A stretch of DNA of 64,000 nt from Candidatus Doudnabacteria bacterium (GCA_016186915.1 JACPKU010000006.1:249619-313618), one strand, 5' to 3'; positions 43,440-53,296 are shown, counted from the first letter of the stretch. Notes: generated by a model not told the origin, from the sequence alone. Numbers and translations are program-made.

Positions 43440-44438
43440 CTAAGGCTGTCTTAACGTGTCCGCGGCTACTTCGGGGGTTATAGTATTCACATACACATCC
43501 GAGCCAAGCTCAAACCCTCCCCAAACTTTTAATCTCGGCAAAACCTCCAAGTGCCAATGATAGCTATCATAGCTATAGCGCGTAAGTAAATTGTGGCTGA
43601 CTGGCATGGTGTGAATGTAATAATTGTAAGCGGGATTGCCCAGTTTGTAATAAAGCTTTTGCAGGACGTATTTCAAAACCAGGGCCAGGGAGTGGCGTTC
43701 TTGGGTGGAAATTTCCATAAAACTTGCGCGGTGGGTTTTGGAAATGATTCGAAGCGCATACGGCACGCGCGAGGCGAAAGGCGCGAACACCAAAAAATCT
43801 TTGTGATCCAGCACAATTCTGTCTTTATGTTCCAATTCTTTGAGTATAGTCTCGCAGTAAACACAAGCGCCATGATCCTGATAAAATAAATAACTGCCTG
43901 TAACTTCTTGATGCAGATGCTCAGGCACAAACGGCGTGGCAAAGATCTGCGAGTGAGGATGGATCAAGGTGGCGCCGGCATCGCGGCCATGATTTTGCAC
44001 CACGTGCACGTACTGGATTTCCGGATGCTGGGAAAGTTCGCGCATCCTTTCTTGATATACCCTCAGGTTCAGATCCATCAAATCATCCGGCAAAAAAGCC
44101 GTCATAATATTGTGCTGGCGCGTGACCAAAACCTCGTGGTCTCCTATTCCTTCGCGGACAACATAAAAATCCGACCGGCTGCGGCCACCTCTGTGTCCCA
44201 AGGCTTCGAATTTGTTGGGAATCACCCTGACCTTCCAATCCTTGCCTTTGGGATACGAGGCAATCTCCTGATTATATCCCTCATTTCCCGGACAAAAAAC
44301 GCAAGTCTTTTCCACGGCGGGCAGGGTTTTGGGATCAGGAGTAGCCGGTGGGGTTTTAAAATCTTCCGGCCGGCCTTCGCGGTTAGGCGCAAACAACACC
44401 CACTGCTTGGAAACTATATCTTGTCGAAATTCACTCAT
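43440..44438 (-). CDS. galT: galactose-1-phosphate uridylyltransferase family (HIT-like)
   Basis: CVFCPGNEG and HPHSQ motifs. Confidence 0.7.
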   Translation of the reverse strand: MSEFRQDIVSKQWVLFAPNREGRPEDFKTPPATPDPKTLPAVEKTCVFCPGNEGYNQEIASYPKGKDWKVRVIPNKFEALGHRGGRSRSDFYVVREGIGDHEVLVTRQHNIMTAFLPDDLMDLNLRVYQERMRELSQHPEIQYVHVVQNHGRDAGATLIHPHSQIFATPFVPEHLHQEVTGSYLFYQDHGACVYCETILKELEHKDRIVLDHKDFLVFAPFASRVPYALRIISKTHRASFMEISTQERHSLALVLKYVLQKLYYKLGNPAYNYYIHTMPVSHNLLTRYSYDSYHWHLEVLPRLKVWGGFELGSDVYVNTITPEVAADTLRQP

Positions 44439-44967
44439 TAATAAATTTTACCGTGCTGATAATGTCGTCGATTATTGAGCTTGTGCCGCGAATCACAAAC
44501 AGCCGGCTATCCGGCCTTACCAGCACAACAATTTCTTCCTGGCCAGTGCTTAGTTGATTGACAATCCTTGGCCCGTCTATGCCGCCAATTGGCACTCGCA
44601 CTTCGCTGACATTATCCAAGGCCGCGCGGATAGCTGTTTCGTCGCTCGCCCGCTGAACAGACACGCTTACCTGCTCATTGGCGATACTGTCTGACTCAAA
44701 CAAGATGATGTTATCAGCTGGAGATTCCAATACCCAGTCATTGGGGTAGCGCAAAGAAAAACCCAAGTTCTTGCTTTGGTATGTGCGCCAGGCATTGACC
44801 TCATTGAGATTACCCACCACTTCGCGATCAAAATTCTCATTAGTAACCACGATATAGCCGACTAATCCGATGGCAATAAACACTGCAATCGACAAGGTCC
44901 AAATCAGCCATCGGTGCGGGCTCAAGCTGTGGGTTTTCTTTTTTCGACTGGTTGTTTGTTTTGGCAT
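44431..44967 (-). CDS. membrane-anchored protein with WxTYxxxxxGF...IISTVKF domain (paralog 3)
   Basis: AWRTYQSKNLGFSLRYPNDW ... IISTVKFINE. Confidence 0.5.
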   Translation of the reverse strand: MPKQTTSRKKKTHSLSPHRWLIWTLSIAVFIAIGLVGYIVVTNENFDREVVGNLNEVNAWRTYQSKNLGFSLRYPNDWVLESPADNIILFESDSIANEQVSVSVQRASDETAIRAALDNVSEVRVPIGGIDGPRIVNQLSTGQEEIVVLVRPDSRLFVIRGTSSIIDDIISTVKFINE

Positions 44968-44995
44968 ATTTTTTTAGTTTTAAATTTGATGTACG

Positions 44996-45403
44996 CTAGC
45001 CTGCTCGATAGTCGAGATACGCCTGCAGGATGATTTGCGCCGCGATGTTGTCTTTAATCTCCTTTTGTTTCTTTTCACTTAAGCCTTGCTGGTCCAATAA
45101 TTTTCCGGCCTCGATGGTAGTAAATCTTTCATCCAAATATTCAAGAGGAATTTTTAATTTTTTTTTCAGCTGTGAAAAAAATTTGTCCACTTTGCTTGCC
45201 GATTCAGCTTCTTCGCCAGCGAGATTCAAGGGCTTACCAATGACTATTTTCTCAATTTTTAATCTGTCAACCAACTTTACGATTTGATCAACCGCCTTTT
45301 TGTTATCCAAAATCTTTTCAAAAGGGAAAGCGATTCTGCCTTCCTCGTCCGAGATCGCGGCTCCTATTCTGACTTCCCCCCAATCCAAAGCCATGATGCG
45401 CAT
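44996..45403 (-). CDS. ruvX: Holliday junction resolvase-like RuvX/YqgF
   Basis: MALDWGEVRIGAA; 135 aa. Confidence 0.85.
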   Translation of the reverse strand: MRIMALDWGEVRIGAAISDEEGRIAFPFEKILDNKKAVDQIVKLVDRLKIEKIVIGKPLNLAGEEAESASKVDKFFSQLKKKLKIPLEYLDERFTTIEAGKLLDQQGLSEKKQKEIKDNIAAQIILQAYLDYRAG

Positions 45404-45409
45404 AAGAAT

Positions 45410-46651
45410 TTATTTCGTTTCGCCCAAAATCACGGTTATTTCTTTTTCTTCTCCTTCGGACAAAACCCTCATCTTGACTGTGTCTCCGGGATCAAAATTT
45501 TTCAAAGCGCCCGCGAGACTGTGATCGCGATCGATCCGCTGAGAACTGACCTGTAAAATTATGTCTCCTTCTTTCAAACCGGCCTTATCCGCCGCCGAAC
45601 CCTCCACCACAGCCGCTGCCCCGGCACCGCCCACAATCAACGCCCCATAATCCACTTTCAAGTCGTTTTCCTTCTGGATCGTTTCATTGACCAAAACATA
45701 TCTCACGCCCAAAAACGGCTTAACAATTCGGCCAAATTTTTCAAAGCTTTCAATGTCCTTCTTTATATCCTCGGAAGGAATCGCAAAGCCGATTAGCTGG
45801 CCTTGAGAATCAATGGCAGTGTTTATGCCAATCACCGAGCCGCCGATGTCTAAAAGCGGTCCGCCGGAATTTCCCGGATTAATGGCGGCGTCGGTCTGCA
45901 CTACTCCTTCTAACTGTTCGGAGCCGCCGTGGCCAGAGGCGGTAATGGTTCGCCCAATCCCCGAAACCACGCCGGTGGTTACGGTATTTCTGTGGCCCAG
46001 GGAATTGCCAATCGCAATTACTTTTTGTCCGATTTCAAGGTCAGTGGAATCGCCCAGTGGAATGGTCGGCAAATCCTTGGCTTCGATTTTTACCAATGCC
46101 AAATCATTAACCGGGTCAATCGATAAGACCTTTGCGTCAAAACTTTTCCCGTCATTAGTCAGCACCGTGTAGCTGGCAGCAGAATCGATGACCACGTGCT
46201 TGTTGGTGACAATCAGACCGTCACTGGTAACAATAAATCCGCTTCCGCCGCCGACCACTTGGACGTTCGGCTCGCTTTGCTCACCGGGATTCCGGAATTG
46301 AAAGAAGGGATCAAAGCTAAACGGGCCGAGATCAAACGGTGAAGAGCTAAATCCCGGTACCTTGTTCAAGTCCTTGGAAATGATGATGGAAACCACTGCC
46401 GGAGCGGCTCTTTTCACCACGTCCACCACTGCTGATTGCTCGTTGACCTGAACAAAATTCACCCCTCCAGAATTGACGTTGTCCAATCCCCGCTTCTGGT
46501 AAAAAGGGACAATGTAAAAGGAAGCGAAAACTGACCCAGCCACGCCGAATAAGAAACTGATCAAAATTACTGCAGGAATTAGCCTGCTTTCAGTTTTTTT
46601 TGGTGTCTTGGAAGGTAAATCCGAGGTTAAACTGGTATTTTTCGACAGCAT
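45410..46651 (-). CDS. htrA: HtrA/DegP-family serine protease with PDZ domain
   Basis: GNSGGPL catalytic-serine motif. Confidence 0.85.
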   Translation of the reverse strand: MLSKNTSLTSDLPSKTPKKTESRLIPAVILISFLFGVAGSVFASFYIVPFYQKRGLDNVNSGGVNFVQVNEQSAVVDVVKRAAPAVVSIIISKDLNKVPGFSSSPFDLGPFSFDPFFQFRNPGEQSEPNVQVVGGGSGFIVTSDGLIVTNKHVVIDSAASYTVLTNDGKSFDAKVLSIDPVNDLALVKIEAKDLPTIPLGDSTDLEIGQKVIAIGNSLGHRNTVTTGVVSGIGRTITASGHGGSEQLEGVVQTDAAINPGNSGGPLLDIGGSVIGINTAIDSQGQLIGFAIPSEDIKKDIESFEKFGRIVKPFLGVRYVLVNETIQKENDLKVDYGALIVGGAGAAAVVEGSAADKAGLKEGDIILQVSSQRIDRDHSLAGALKNFDPGDTVKMRVLSEGEEKEITVILGETK

Positions 46652-46684
46652 ATGGTAATTTATTATAACAAACTTATTAAATAT

Positions 46685-47455
46685 TTACAATTTAGCTTTG
46701 GTGAGGACCTCAAAACCGGTTTTTGTCACCAGTATAGTGTGCTCAAAATGCGCGGCTGGCTGGCCATCATAAGTTGTCACGGTCCAACCGTCTTGGGAAA
46801 ATTTGATCCTGGGATCTTTCATGTTCAGCATGGGCTCAACAGCCAAAACCATGCCCTCTCTAAGCTCCAGGCCTTCGCCTCGTTTGCCGAAACACGGAAC
46901 TTCCGGCTCTTCCCAGACTGATCTGCCCACTCCATGCCCGACTAGCTCTCGAACCACGACAAATCCCGCGTCTATGGCGGTTTTCTCGATAGCATAACCA
47001 ATGTCCCCGATGTGGTTTCCTGATTTTATCTGATTTAAACCATTTGCCAAGCTGTGCTTGGCCGCCGCGATTAAATCCAGCAACTTCGAATTCACTTGTC
47101 CGATGGGCACAGTAATCGCCGCATCAGTAAAAAAGCCTTGATAATTCACTCCTAAATCCAGACCAACTACATCGCCAGCTCTTAAAATTTTGTCTTTGTG
47201 CGGAATACCGTGCACCACCTCTTCGTTGATCGATACGCACAGAGAAGCGGGAAACGGCCTCTCCTGCGGATTCGACTGGTGCCCCTTGAATGCCGGCTTG
47301 CCGCCGCGGGCCAGAATCTCTGACTCCGCTAAACGATCGAGCTCTTCAGCCGAAATCCCAGGGACGGCTTTCTCGGCCACCAACGCCAAAACTTCAGCGA
47401 GCATCTGCCCGCTTCTTCTTAGCTTTTCAATCTCTTTTGGATCGCTGATAACCAT
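46685..47455 (-). CDS. map: methionine aminopeptidase type I
   Basis: 256 aa with a typical MAP sequence. Confidence 0.9.
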   Translation of the reverse strand: MVISDPKEIEKLRRSGQMLAEVLALVAEKAVPGISAEELDRLAESEILARGGKPAFKGHQSNPQERPFPASLCVSINEEVVHGIPHKDKILRAGDVVGLDLGVNYQGFFTDAAITVPIGQVNSKLLDLIAAAKHSLANGLNQIKSGNHIGDIGYAIEKTAIDAGFVVVRELVGHGVGRSVWEEPEVPCFGKRGEGLELREGMVLAVEPMLNMKDPRIKFSQDGWTVTTYDGQPAAHFEHTILVTKTGFEVLTKAKL

Positions 47456-47987
47456 TTATTGCTTTCTGAATATCCAAAGATACCTTCTTAATGCTTTGAT
47501 TGCCGTTAATGAGTCTTAATTTCTTTAAGCCTTGATAGTATTTAACCGTTCTACTAACCTCTTTGTTATAATAAGCAATTCTACTCTTTATCAACCTTAC
47601 ATCAACATCTTCCAATCTCGCGGCACGGAGTTTAGAACGCTTGATGATTTCTCTCTTTGGAATTTTTATATAAATCGCAAAAAAATTCCTATGTCTTTTC
47701 TTAAGTTGCCTTACCAAATATTCTGCTTCGTGCCTGAGCCTAGCGGCCCCGACAAATATGATATTGCCTCGCTTTAAATCCTTCAAATAGTGGTTCAGGA
47801 ACGGGATAATTAAATTAGTCGGGGCTGGAACGCCATGCCGATATTTATAGCCTTTTAAATTTCGAAGATATTCACCGGAGCGGGCAAGTTTAACCTTGTA
47901 TTTCTTTGCCAACAATAAGGCCTGGGTATCTTTTCCAGAGGTAGAGTCTCCTAATAAAATTAAATCAAAACCCAATCTTTTTTTCAT
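47427..47987 (-). CDS. divergent nucleoside-monophosphate kinase (adk-like paralog)
   Basis: Degenerate P-loop LLGDSTSGKDTQA; 186 aa; overlaps the map start. Confidence 0.45.
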   Translation of the reverse strand: MKKRLGFDLILLGDSTSGKDTQALLLAKKYKVKLARSGEYLRNLKGYKYRHGVPAPTNLIIPFLNHYLKDLKRGNIIFVGAARLRHEAEYLVRQLKKRHRNFFAIYIKIPKREIIKRSKLRAARLEDVDVRLIKSRIAYYNKEVSRTVKYYQGLKKLRLINGNQSIKKVSLDIQKAINGYQRSKRD

Positions 47988-48071
47988 AAAGCCTTCGACT
48001 CCGCTTCGCTTCGCTCAGGCAAAAAAATAATCCCTGAGCTTGCCTGCCTCGCCGGCAAGCGGGTCGAAGCG

Positions 48072-48665
48072 TCATTTATTTATTCCTAATTTCTCTAATA
48101 TCTCCTGGTGCACTGCTTCGATCGGCTGATCGCCATTGATGATTATTAGTTTACCGTTTTTTTGATAATAGTCTTTTACAGGAGCGGTTTTTTTCTGATA
48201 CTCATCAAATCGGGTCATTATTATCTTTGGATCGTCGTCTGCTCTTCGTCCATGAGCGCCTTCTCCTTCTATCCGCTTGGACAAACGTTTATGTAATTGA
48301 TCTCGGTCAACATTCAAAAACAAAACCACGATATCCATAACCGTATATTTACTCATCAACTCATTCAGAAGCTCAACTTGATCCAAAGTCCTTGGATATC
48401 CATCCAGAATCAAACCTTCTTCAGAGGTTAAGCTCTCTAACTTTTTGACAAAAATTTGTCGGATTATATCAATGGGTAAAATAACACCTTTATCGACAAT
48501 TACTTTAATCTCTCGACCCAAGCGATTGTCTTGTTTGGCATACTCTCTCGATAATTCTCCTGTGCTAAAATAGCCAAACCCCAAAACTTTGCTCAAAAGT
48601 TTACTCTGAGTACCTTTACCGCTGCCGGGCGCCCCCATTAATAAGATTATCTTTTTTAACTTCAT
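48072..48665 (-). CDS. adk: adenylate kinase
   Basis: GAPGSGKGTQS; likely start is MKLKKIILLMG. Confidence 0.9.
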   Translation of the reverse strand: MKLKKIILLMGAPGSGKGTQSKLLSKVLGFGYFSTGELSREYAKQDNRLGREIKVIVDKGVILPIDIIRQIFVKKLESLTSEEGLILDGYPRTLDQVELLNELMSKYTVMDIVVLFLNVDRDQLHKRLSKRIEGEGAHGRRADDDPKIIMTRFDEYQKKTAPVKDYYQKNGKLIIINGDQPIEAVHQEILEKLGINK

Positions 48666-49042
48666 TTTTTTTCCAACATTAAACATGCAGAATTAATGCA
48701 ATATCGTTTGCCGCCTCGCTCCTGCGGGCCGTCGTCAAACACATGGCCCAAATGCGAGCCACAGTTTTTGCAAACCACTTCAGTGCGACGCACGCCATGA
48801 TCATTATCTTCCCGAAGCTCCACATGCTCCAGGTTGGCCGGTTCAGTAAAAGACGGCCAACCAGTACCGGAATCAAACTTGGCGTCAGAAGAAAACAATT
48901 CCTGTCCGCAAGCAGCGCATTTGTACATCCCCTTATCTTTGGTGTTTACATACTTGCCTGAAAACGGCGCTTCTGTGCCTTTCTTGCGCATTATATGATA
49001 CTGTTCAGGGGTCAATTTTTCCTTCAATTCCTCATCTGTCAT
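48662..49042 (-). CDS. msrB: peptide-methionine (R)-S-oxide reductase
   Basis: Two CxxC pairs plus the catalytic RYCINSA. Confidence 0.9.
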   Translation of the reverse strand: MTDEELKEKLTPEQYHIMRKKGTEAPFSGKYVNTKDKGMYKCAACGQELFSSDAKFDSGTGWPSFTEPANLEHVELREDNDHGVRRTEVVCKNCGSHLGHVFDDGPQERGGKRYCINSACLMLEKK

Positions 49043-49096
49043 ACTCGCATTATATCAAAAAACACCTTTGTTTCCAAAGATGCTCACGTATAAACA

Positions 49097-49125
49097 TTGA
49101 CAATTAAACCGTTTCAACCTATGCT
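49097..49125 (+). promoter_or_regulatory. promoter TTGACA-N17-TATGCT for ORF 49176
   Basis: Seen in the sequence. Confidence 0.5.
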
Positions 49126-49175
49126 GGTGGCGAAGTAATTCCGCTTCTCCAAACAACCCTTAGGAGGATCTGATC

Positions 49176-49397
49176 ATGGGCAAGGGAAGATTTGCGGAAG
49201 AGATCGAGCACAAGCCGTCATCGCCCGGCCAAGAAATGGTGGATCTCGTGCTCACCTGCGGCATCTCGGCCCTCGCCGGATCTCAGGATACGGTCGAATG
49301 CCGCATCACGGACCACGAGCTTGGCAAGACCTACACCGGCACGGGGAGCACGGAGTCCGAGGCCCGCGATGACGCGCTCGGCAAACTGAATCGCTGA
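49176..49397 (+). CDS. GC-rich 73-aa hypothetical protein with RBS AGGAGG and a terminator
   Basis: About 60% GC. The AGGAGGATCTGATCATG translation-initiation region resembles the AGGAGGATCTCATG of ORF 62309. Terminator GAGTGAG...CTCACTC-T8 at 49420-49457. Confidence 0.5.
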   Translation: MGKGRFAEEIEHKPSSPGQEMVDLVLTCGISALAGSQDTVECRITDHELGKTYTGTGSTESEARDDALGKLNR

Positions 49398-49568
49398 CCG
49401 ACGGGTGGTCTTCGGCGGTGAGTGAGGTTCTGACAAAGAATCTCACTCATTTTTTTTAAAATATATCTCCTTACAACCCCCAGCGAGGGTTTTGGTTTAC
49501 CCGCCGGACTTTCGGGTGCCGATCATTCGACCGGACAAGTGTCTCGAAACGAGACTCGGACTTACATA

Positions 49569-49595
49569 CATTCATACACGACTGTATGAATGTAT
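49569..49595. repeat. 28-bp palindrome, copy 4 (27/28), intergenic
   Basis: Seen in the sequence; about 60 bp upstream of the -35 of ORF 49690. Confidence 0.9.
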
Positions 49596-49654
49596 GGCAA
49601 ATCCCAACCCCCATATTTGCAGGCAACACAAGCAACAATACACAATACTTCTTT

Positions 49655-49683
49655 TTGACAAAATTGTCAATGCAAAGTAAAAA
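49655..49683 (+). promoter_or_regulatory. promoter TTGACA-N17-TAAAAA(T) ending about 6 nt before the ATG (leaderless-type)
   Basis: Seen in the sequence. Confidence 0.4.
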
Positions 49684-49689
49684 TTAATC

Positions 49690-49881
49690 ATGCTCAATAA
49701 CGAGGATATCCAAAAATTATCTGCGGTGTTAGCCACAAAGGAAGACTTGAAGGATTTTTATACAAAGTCCGATATGGATGAAAGATTTGGCTCATTGCAG
49801 ACTGCTATTGACGGCTTGGCGAAACTGGTCACAGATTTTCGTAATGAACATGTCATCATTCATAAACGCCTGAAGTTTTAG
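49690..49881 (+). CDS. 63-aa helical hypothetical protein, apparently leaderless
   Basis: Promoter abuts the ATG. A terminator hairpin at 49947-49975 is shared with secY. Confidence 0.4.
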   Translation: MLNNEDIQKLSAVLATKEDLKDFYTKSDMDERFGSLQTAIDGLAKLVTDFRNEHVIIHKRLKF

Positions 49882-49946
49882 AAGATTGGGCAAAACAAGT
49901 ATCAAAAAATTGGGTATCTCTTTGCCGTTTTAATATTTAAATATAA

Positions 49947-49975
49947 AACACCCGGCAGTTCGCTGGGTGTTTTAT
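49947..49975. terminator. bidirectional intrinsic terminator AACACCCGGCAG-TTCG-CTGGGTGTT with flanking A-run and T-run
   Basis: Lies between the convergent ORF 49690 (+) and secY (-). Confidence 0.6.
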
Positions 49976-49998
49976 ATATATCATCCACAAACGATCAG

Positions 49999-51336
49999 CT
50001 AAAAGTCTTCGTAGTCGCGCATCACCATCTGGCTCTGCACCTGCTTCATCACTTCAATCACCACGGCCACAGCTATCAAAATCCCAGTACCGCCCAAGGT
50101 CAAAGCCTGGGTTTGGGTAAATCCTTGGATGATAAACGGCAAAACCGCAATTAGCCCCAAGAATATCGCGCCGGCCAAGGTTATTCGATTTAAAACCTTG
50201 TAAAGAAACTCGGCAGTCTGTCGCCCTGGGCGCAAGCCCGGTATAAACCCGCCCTGCTTTTGGATGTTGTCGGATATTTCATCCGGGTTGAATACAATCG
50301 CTGTGTAAAAATAAGTAAAAGCCACGACCAAGAGAAAATAAATAATCCCATAATAAGTCTGGTTTTGAAAAAAATTATTTACGGCACTGGCAATATTGGC
50401 AACCACTTCGGTTTTGGCACTGGAGAAAAAATTGGCGATCAGGCCCGGAAACAGCAGAATTGAAATAGCGAAAATGATTGGGATCACGCCGGCTTGATTA
50501 ACGCGCAAGGGCAGATGCGTACTCACCCCGCCATAGAGTTTGTTCCCCCTGACTCTTTTGGCGTAAGACACCGGGATGTTTCTCTGCGCTTCAGTGATCA
50601 TCACTATCCCAGCCACCACCAGCAAGGCTACGGCCATAAAAGACGCGGCAGTAACCAGCCCGGAAGTCGAAATCCCACCAGTCGCCGTGGTAATAGTAGA
50701 GAACCCTTGTTGCACAGCCGCGGGCAATTGCGCCACGATTCCCGCAAAAATGATCAAAGAAATTCCGTTGCCAAGCTTATATTCGCTGATCGTCTCTCCA
50801 ATCCACATCAGCAAAGCGGTTCCGGCAGTTACGGAAAGCAGGGCCACGAACCATTGGAAGCCGGTGAATCCGGAAATCACGGTTGCTCCGCTGCTGCGTG
50901 AGAGCAAAACGATTGTCCCGTAAGCCTGCAGAGCGGTCAGCGGCACAGTGAGCAGTCGTGTGTACTGGTTTATTTTCGCGCGTCCCGCATCCCCGCCTTC
51001 CTTAGCCAGCTCTCCCAGACTAGGAATGATGATGGTCAATAACTGCATAATAATCGAAGCGGTAATATACGGGCCGACTCCAAGCATGGCCACAGAAAAA
51101 TTGCTCAAGCCTCCTCCTGAAAATATATTAAATAGGCCAAACAACTGGTTTGAGTTAAAAAGATTTTGGAGGCTTGAAAGATCAACTCCGGGAATCGGGA
51201 CGTGAGCCAAAATCCTGGTCACCACTAAAAGCATGGCCACAATCAAGATGTTATGGCGCAGTTCCTTAACTTTCCAGATTTGAGAAATTCTCGACATAAG
51301 TATGTGATCCGAATCTACGAATATTATGCTAATCAA
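49999..51336 (-). CDS. secY: preprotein translocase SecY
   Basis: 10 TM helices; 445 aa. Confidence 0.9.
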   Translation of the reverse strand: MISIIFVDSDHILMSRISQIWKVKELRHNILIVAMLLVVTRILAHVPIPGVDLSSLQNLFNSNQLFGLFNIFSGGGLSNFSVAMLGVGPYITASIIMQLLTIIIPSLGELAKEGGDAGRAKINQYTRLLTVPLTALQAYGTIVLLSRSSGATVISGFTGFQWFVALLSVTAGTALLMWIGETISEYKLGNGISLIIFAGIVAQLPAAVQQGFSTITTATGGISTSGLVTAASFMAVALLVVAGIVMITEAQRNIPVSYAKRVRGNKLYGGVSTHLPLRVNQAGVIPIIFAISILLFPGLIANFFSSAKTEVVANIASAVNNFFQNQTYYGIIYFLLVVAFTYFYTAIVFNPDEISDNIQKQGGFIPGLRPGRQTAEFLYKVLNRITLAGAIFLGLIAVLPFIIQGFTQTQALTLGGTGILIAVAVVIEVMKQVQSQMVMRDYEDF

Positions 51337-51402
51337 CCAATATGCGAATTAGGGGCTATTAGCATATTCGCTGAATTCGCATAGCAACTCGCATCATTCG
51401 GA

Positions 51403-51846
51403 TCATGTTAATATCTTCCCACCCGCCTTCTCTATTTTAGCACGGACCGGTCCGGACACAAGCACCTTTTCAAAAATCAGCTCTTTTTTGAGGTCCCCGT
51501 CTCCGACAATTTTAATTGGCATAAGCGCGGATTTTACCAAGCCTTTCTGCGCTAAAATCCTGGGATTTACCGTTTCTTTAGCTTCAAATTTATTTACAAT
51601 CTGCCGAAGGCTTACCACACTGACTGGCGGCCGGCGGGAAACAAAGCCGCGCTTTTTGGGAAGCTGGCGGTGTAGCGGCATTCTGCCCCCTTCAAAACCA
51701 GCGGGAATTGATCCGCCAGAGCGGGCTTTTTGTCCTTTGGCCCCGCGTCCGGAAAAAGTACCGTGCCCGGATCCCAAGCCCCGTCCCACTCTTTTGCGGC
51801 GCTGAACAGATTTTCTATATGGTTTTAAGTTATGTAAAGTCAGCAT
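51403..51846 (-). CDS. rplO: 50S ribosomal protein L15
   Basis: Gly-rich KRVGRG N-terminus. Confidence 0.9.
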   Translation of the reverse strand: MLTLHNLKPYRKSVQRRKRVGRGLGSGHGTFSGRGAKGQKARSGGSIPAGFEGGRMPLHRQLPKKRGFVSRRPPVSVVSLRQIVNKFEAKETVNPRILAQKGLVKSALMPIKIVGDGDLKKELIFEKVLVSGPVRAKIEKAGGKILT

Positions 51847-51848
51847 AA

Positions 51849-52373
51849 TTAACTGATTACAGACTCCTGCTTTGGGAGTGGCTGGACTTGCGCCTTGCCG
51901 CCTTTCGGCCTCATGCTGGCCAAGGCCAAATAGGTTGCCGTGACATTGTTAATTTTATTGGCTGAGCCTAACATTTTGGATAAAATATTTTTTACTCCGG
52001 CCATTTCCAACACCGCCCGGATCGCGCCGCCGGCAATCAAGCCGGTTCCTGGCAGCGCTGGTTTGAGAAACACTAACGAAGATTTGTATTTGAACCTGAT
52101 TTCGTGCGGAATCGTATCGTTAACCAGATTTACGGTTGTCATGCCCTTCTTGGCGGCGCTCACTGCTTTGTTCACTGCTTCGCTCACGTCCGCACCTTTT
52201 CTAGCTCCAATGCCAACCCTGCCCTTCATGTCTCCGACCACAACAAGCGCCCGGAAACGCATACGTTTTCCTCCGGCCACAACTCTAGTCACACGCTTAA
52301 CCTCCACCACCTTCTGCTGGAATTCTTTTTTGATCTGATCTCTCTGTCTGGTTGTTCTAGCTTTTTTCATCAT
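51849..52373 (-). CDS. rpsE: 30S ribosomal protein S5
   Basis: Sequence and operon order. Confidence 0.9.
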   Translation of the reverse strand: MMKKARTTRQRDQIKKEFQQKVVEVKRVTRVVAGGKRMRFRALVVVGDMKGRVGIGARKGADVSEAVNKAVSAAKKGMTTVNLVNDTIPHEIRFKYKSSLVFLKPALPGTGLIAGGAIRAVLEMAGVKNILSKMLGSANKINNVTATYLALASMRPKGGKAQVQPLPKQESVIS

Positions 52374-52382
52374 AAATTATCT

Positions 52383-52727
52383 TTAAAACTTAAGTCCCGC
52401 GGTCCGGGCGGCTTCTGCCAAACTTTGGACCCTGCCGTGGTACTTGTAACCCCCGCGGTCAAACACCACTTCTTTAATCCCCGCTGCCAGCGCTTTATTA
52501 GCAACAAGCTTTCCAACTTCAGCGGCAATTTCTTTCTTCTTTAGCTTCCTATCTGTCACTTCTTTGCTGGAGGTAGAAACCAAAGTATTGCCCTTTTGAT
52601 CGTCAATCAACTGAACGTAAATATGATTCAGGGAACGAAAAACACACAACCTGGGCTTGGACTCCGTGCCTTTTACTTTCGCTCTTACTCTCTTGTGCCT
52701 TATTTTTCTAGACTCACGTTTATTCAT
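52383..52727 (-). CDS. rplR: 50S ribosomal protein L18
   Basis: Sequence and operon order. Confidence 0.9.
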   Translation of the reverse strand: MNKRESRKIRHKRVRAKVKGTESKPRLCVFRSLNHIYVQLIDDQKGNTLVSTSSKEVTDRKLKKKEIAAEVGKLVANKALAAGIKEVVFDRGGYKYHGRVQSLAEAARTAGLKF

Positions 52728-53296
52728 TATGCTCCTCCTCCGACAGCCTTAACTACCTTGCCGGCTTTTCGCCTAATTACTTCATCGATGTATTTGATGC
52801 CCTTGCCTTTATAAGGTTCTGGCGCGCGCTTTTGTCTGATCACTGCCGCAAATTCGCCGACAGCCTGCTTGTCCGCTCCGGTAACAACAATAATATTCTT
52901 CTCGACTTTAACTTCCAGCCCTGCGGGGACTTCCATTTCGATTGTGTGAGAATAGCCCAAATTCAAAACCAGTTTTTTTCCTGAAACCTGTGCCTTGTAT
53001 CCCACGCCATTAACCTCCAATGATTTACTGAATCCTTCCGTTACGCCCAGAACCATATTATTGACCAAGGAGCGGGACAACCCCCAAAGCGATCTTTCCA
53101 ACTTATTGTTACTGCGCTGAACGTTTAAGACAATTTCGCCTGCTTCCTGATTAAGCTTGACTTTTGGGTGCACATCCAAAGACAGCTCGCCTTTCGGTCC
53201 TTTGATCTTCAACCTATTTCCTTTGAGGTCGACGGTTACGCCATTTGGAATGCTTACCGCCTTTTTTCCTACTCTGCTCATAAAAATTATTACCAA
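52727..53296 (-). CDS. rplF: 50S ribosomal protein L6
   Basis: Sequence and operon order. Confidence 0.9.
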   Translation of the reverse strand: MVIIFMSRVGKKAVSIPNGVTVDLKGNRLKIKGPKGELSLDVHPKVKLNQEAGEIVLNVQRSNNKLERSLWGLSRSLVNNMVLGVTEGFSKSLEVNGVGYKAQVSGKKLVLNLGYSHTIEMEVPAGLEVKVEKNIIVVTGADKQAVGEFAAVIRQKRAPEPYKGKGIKYIDEVIRRKAGKVVKAVGGGA

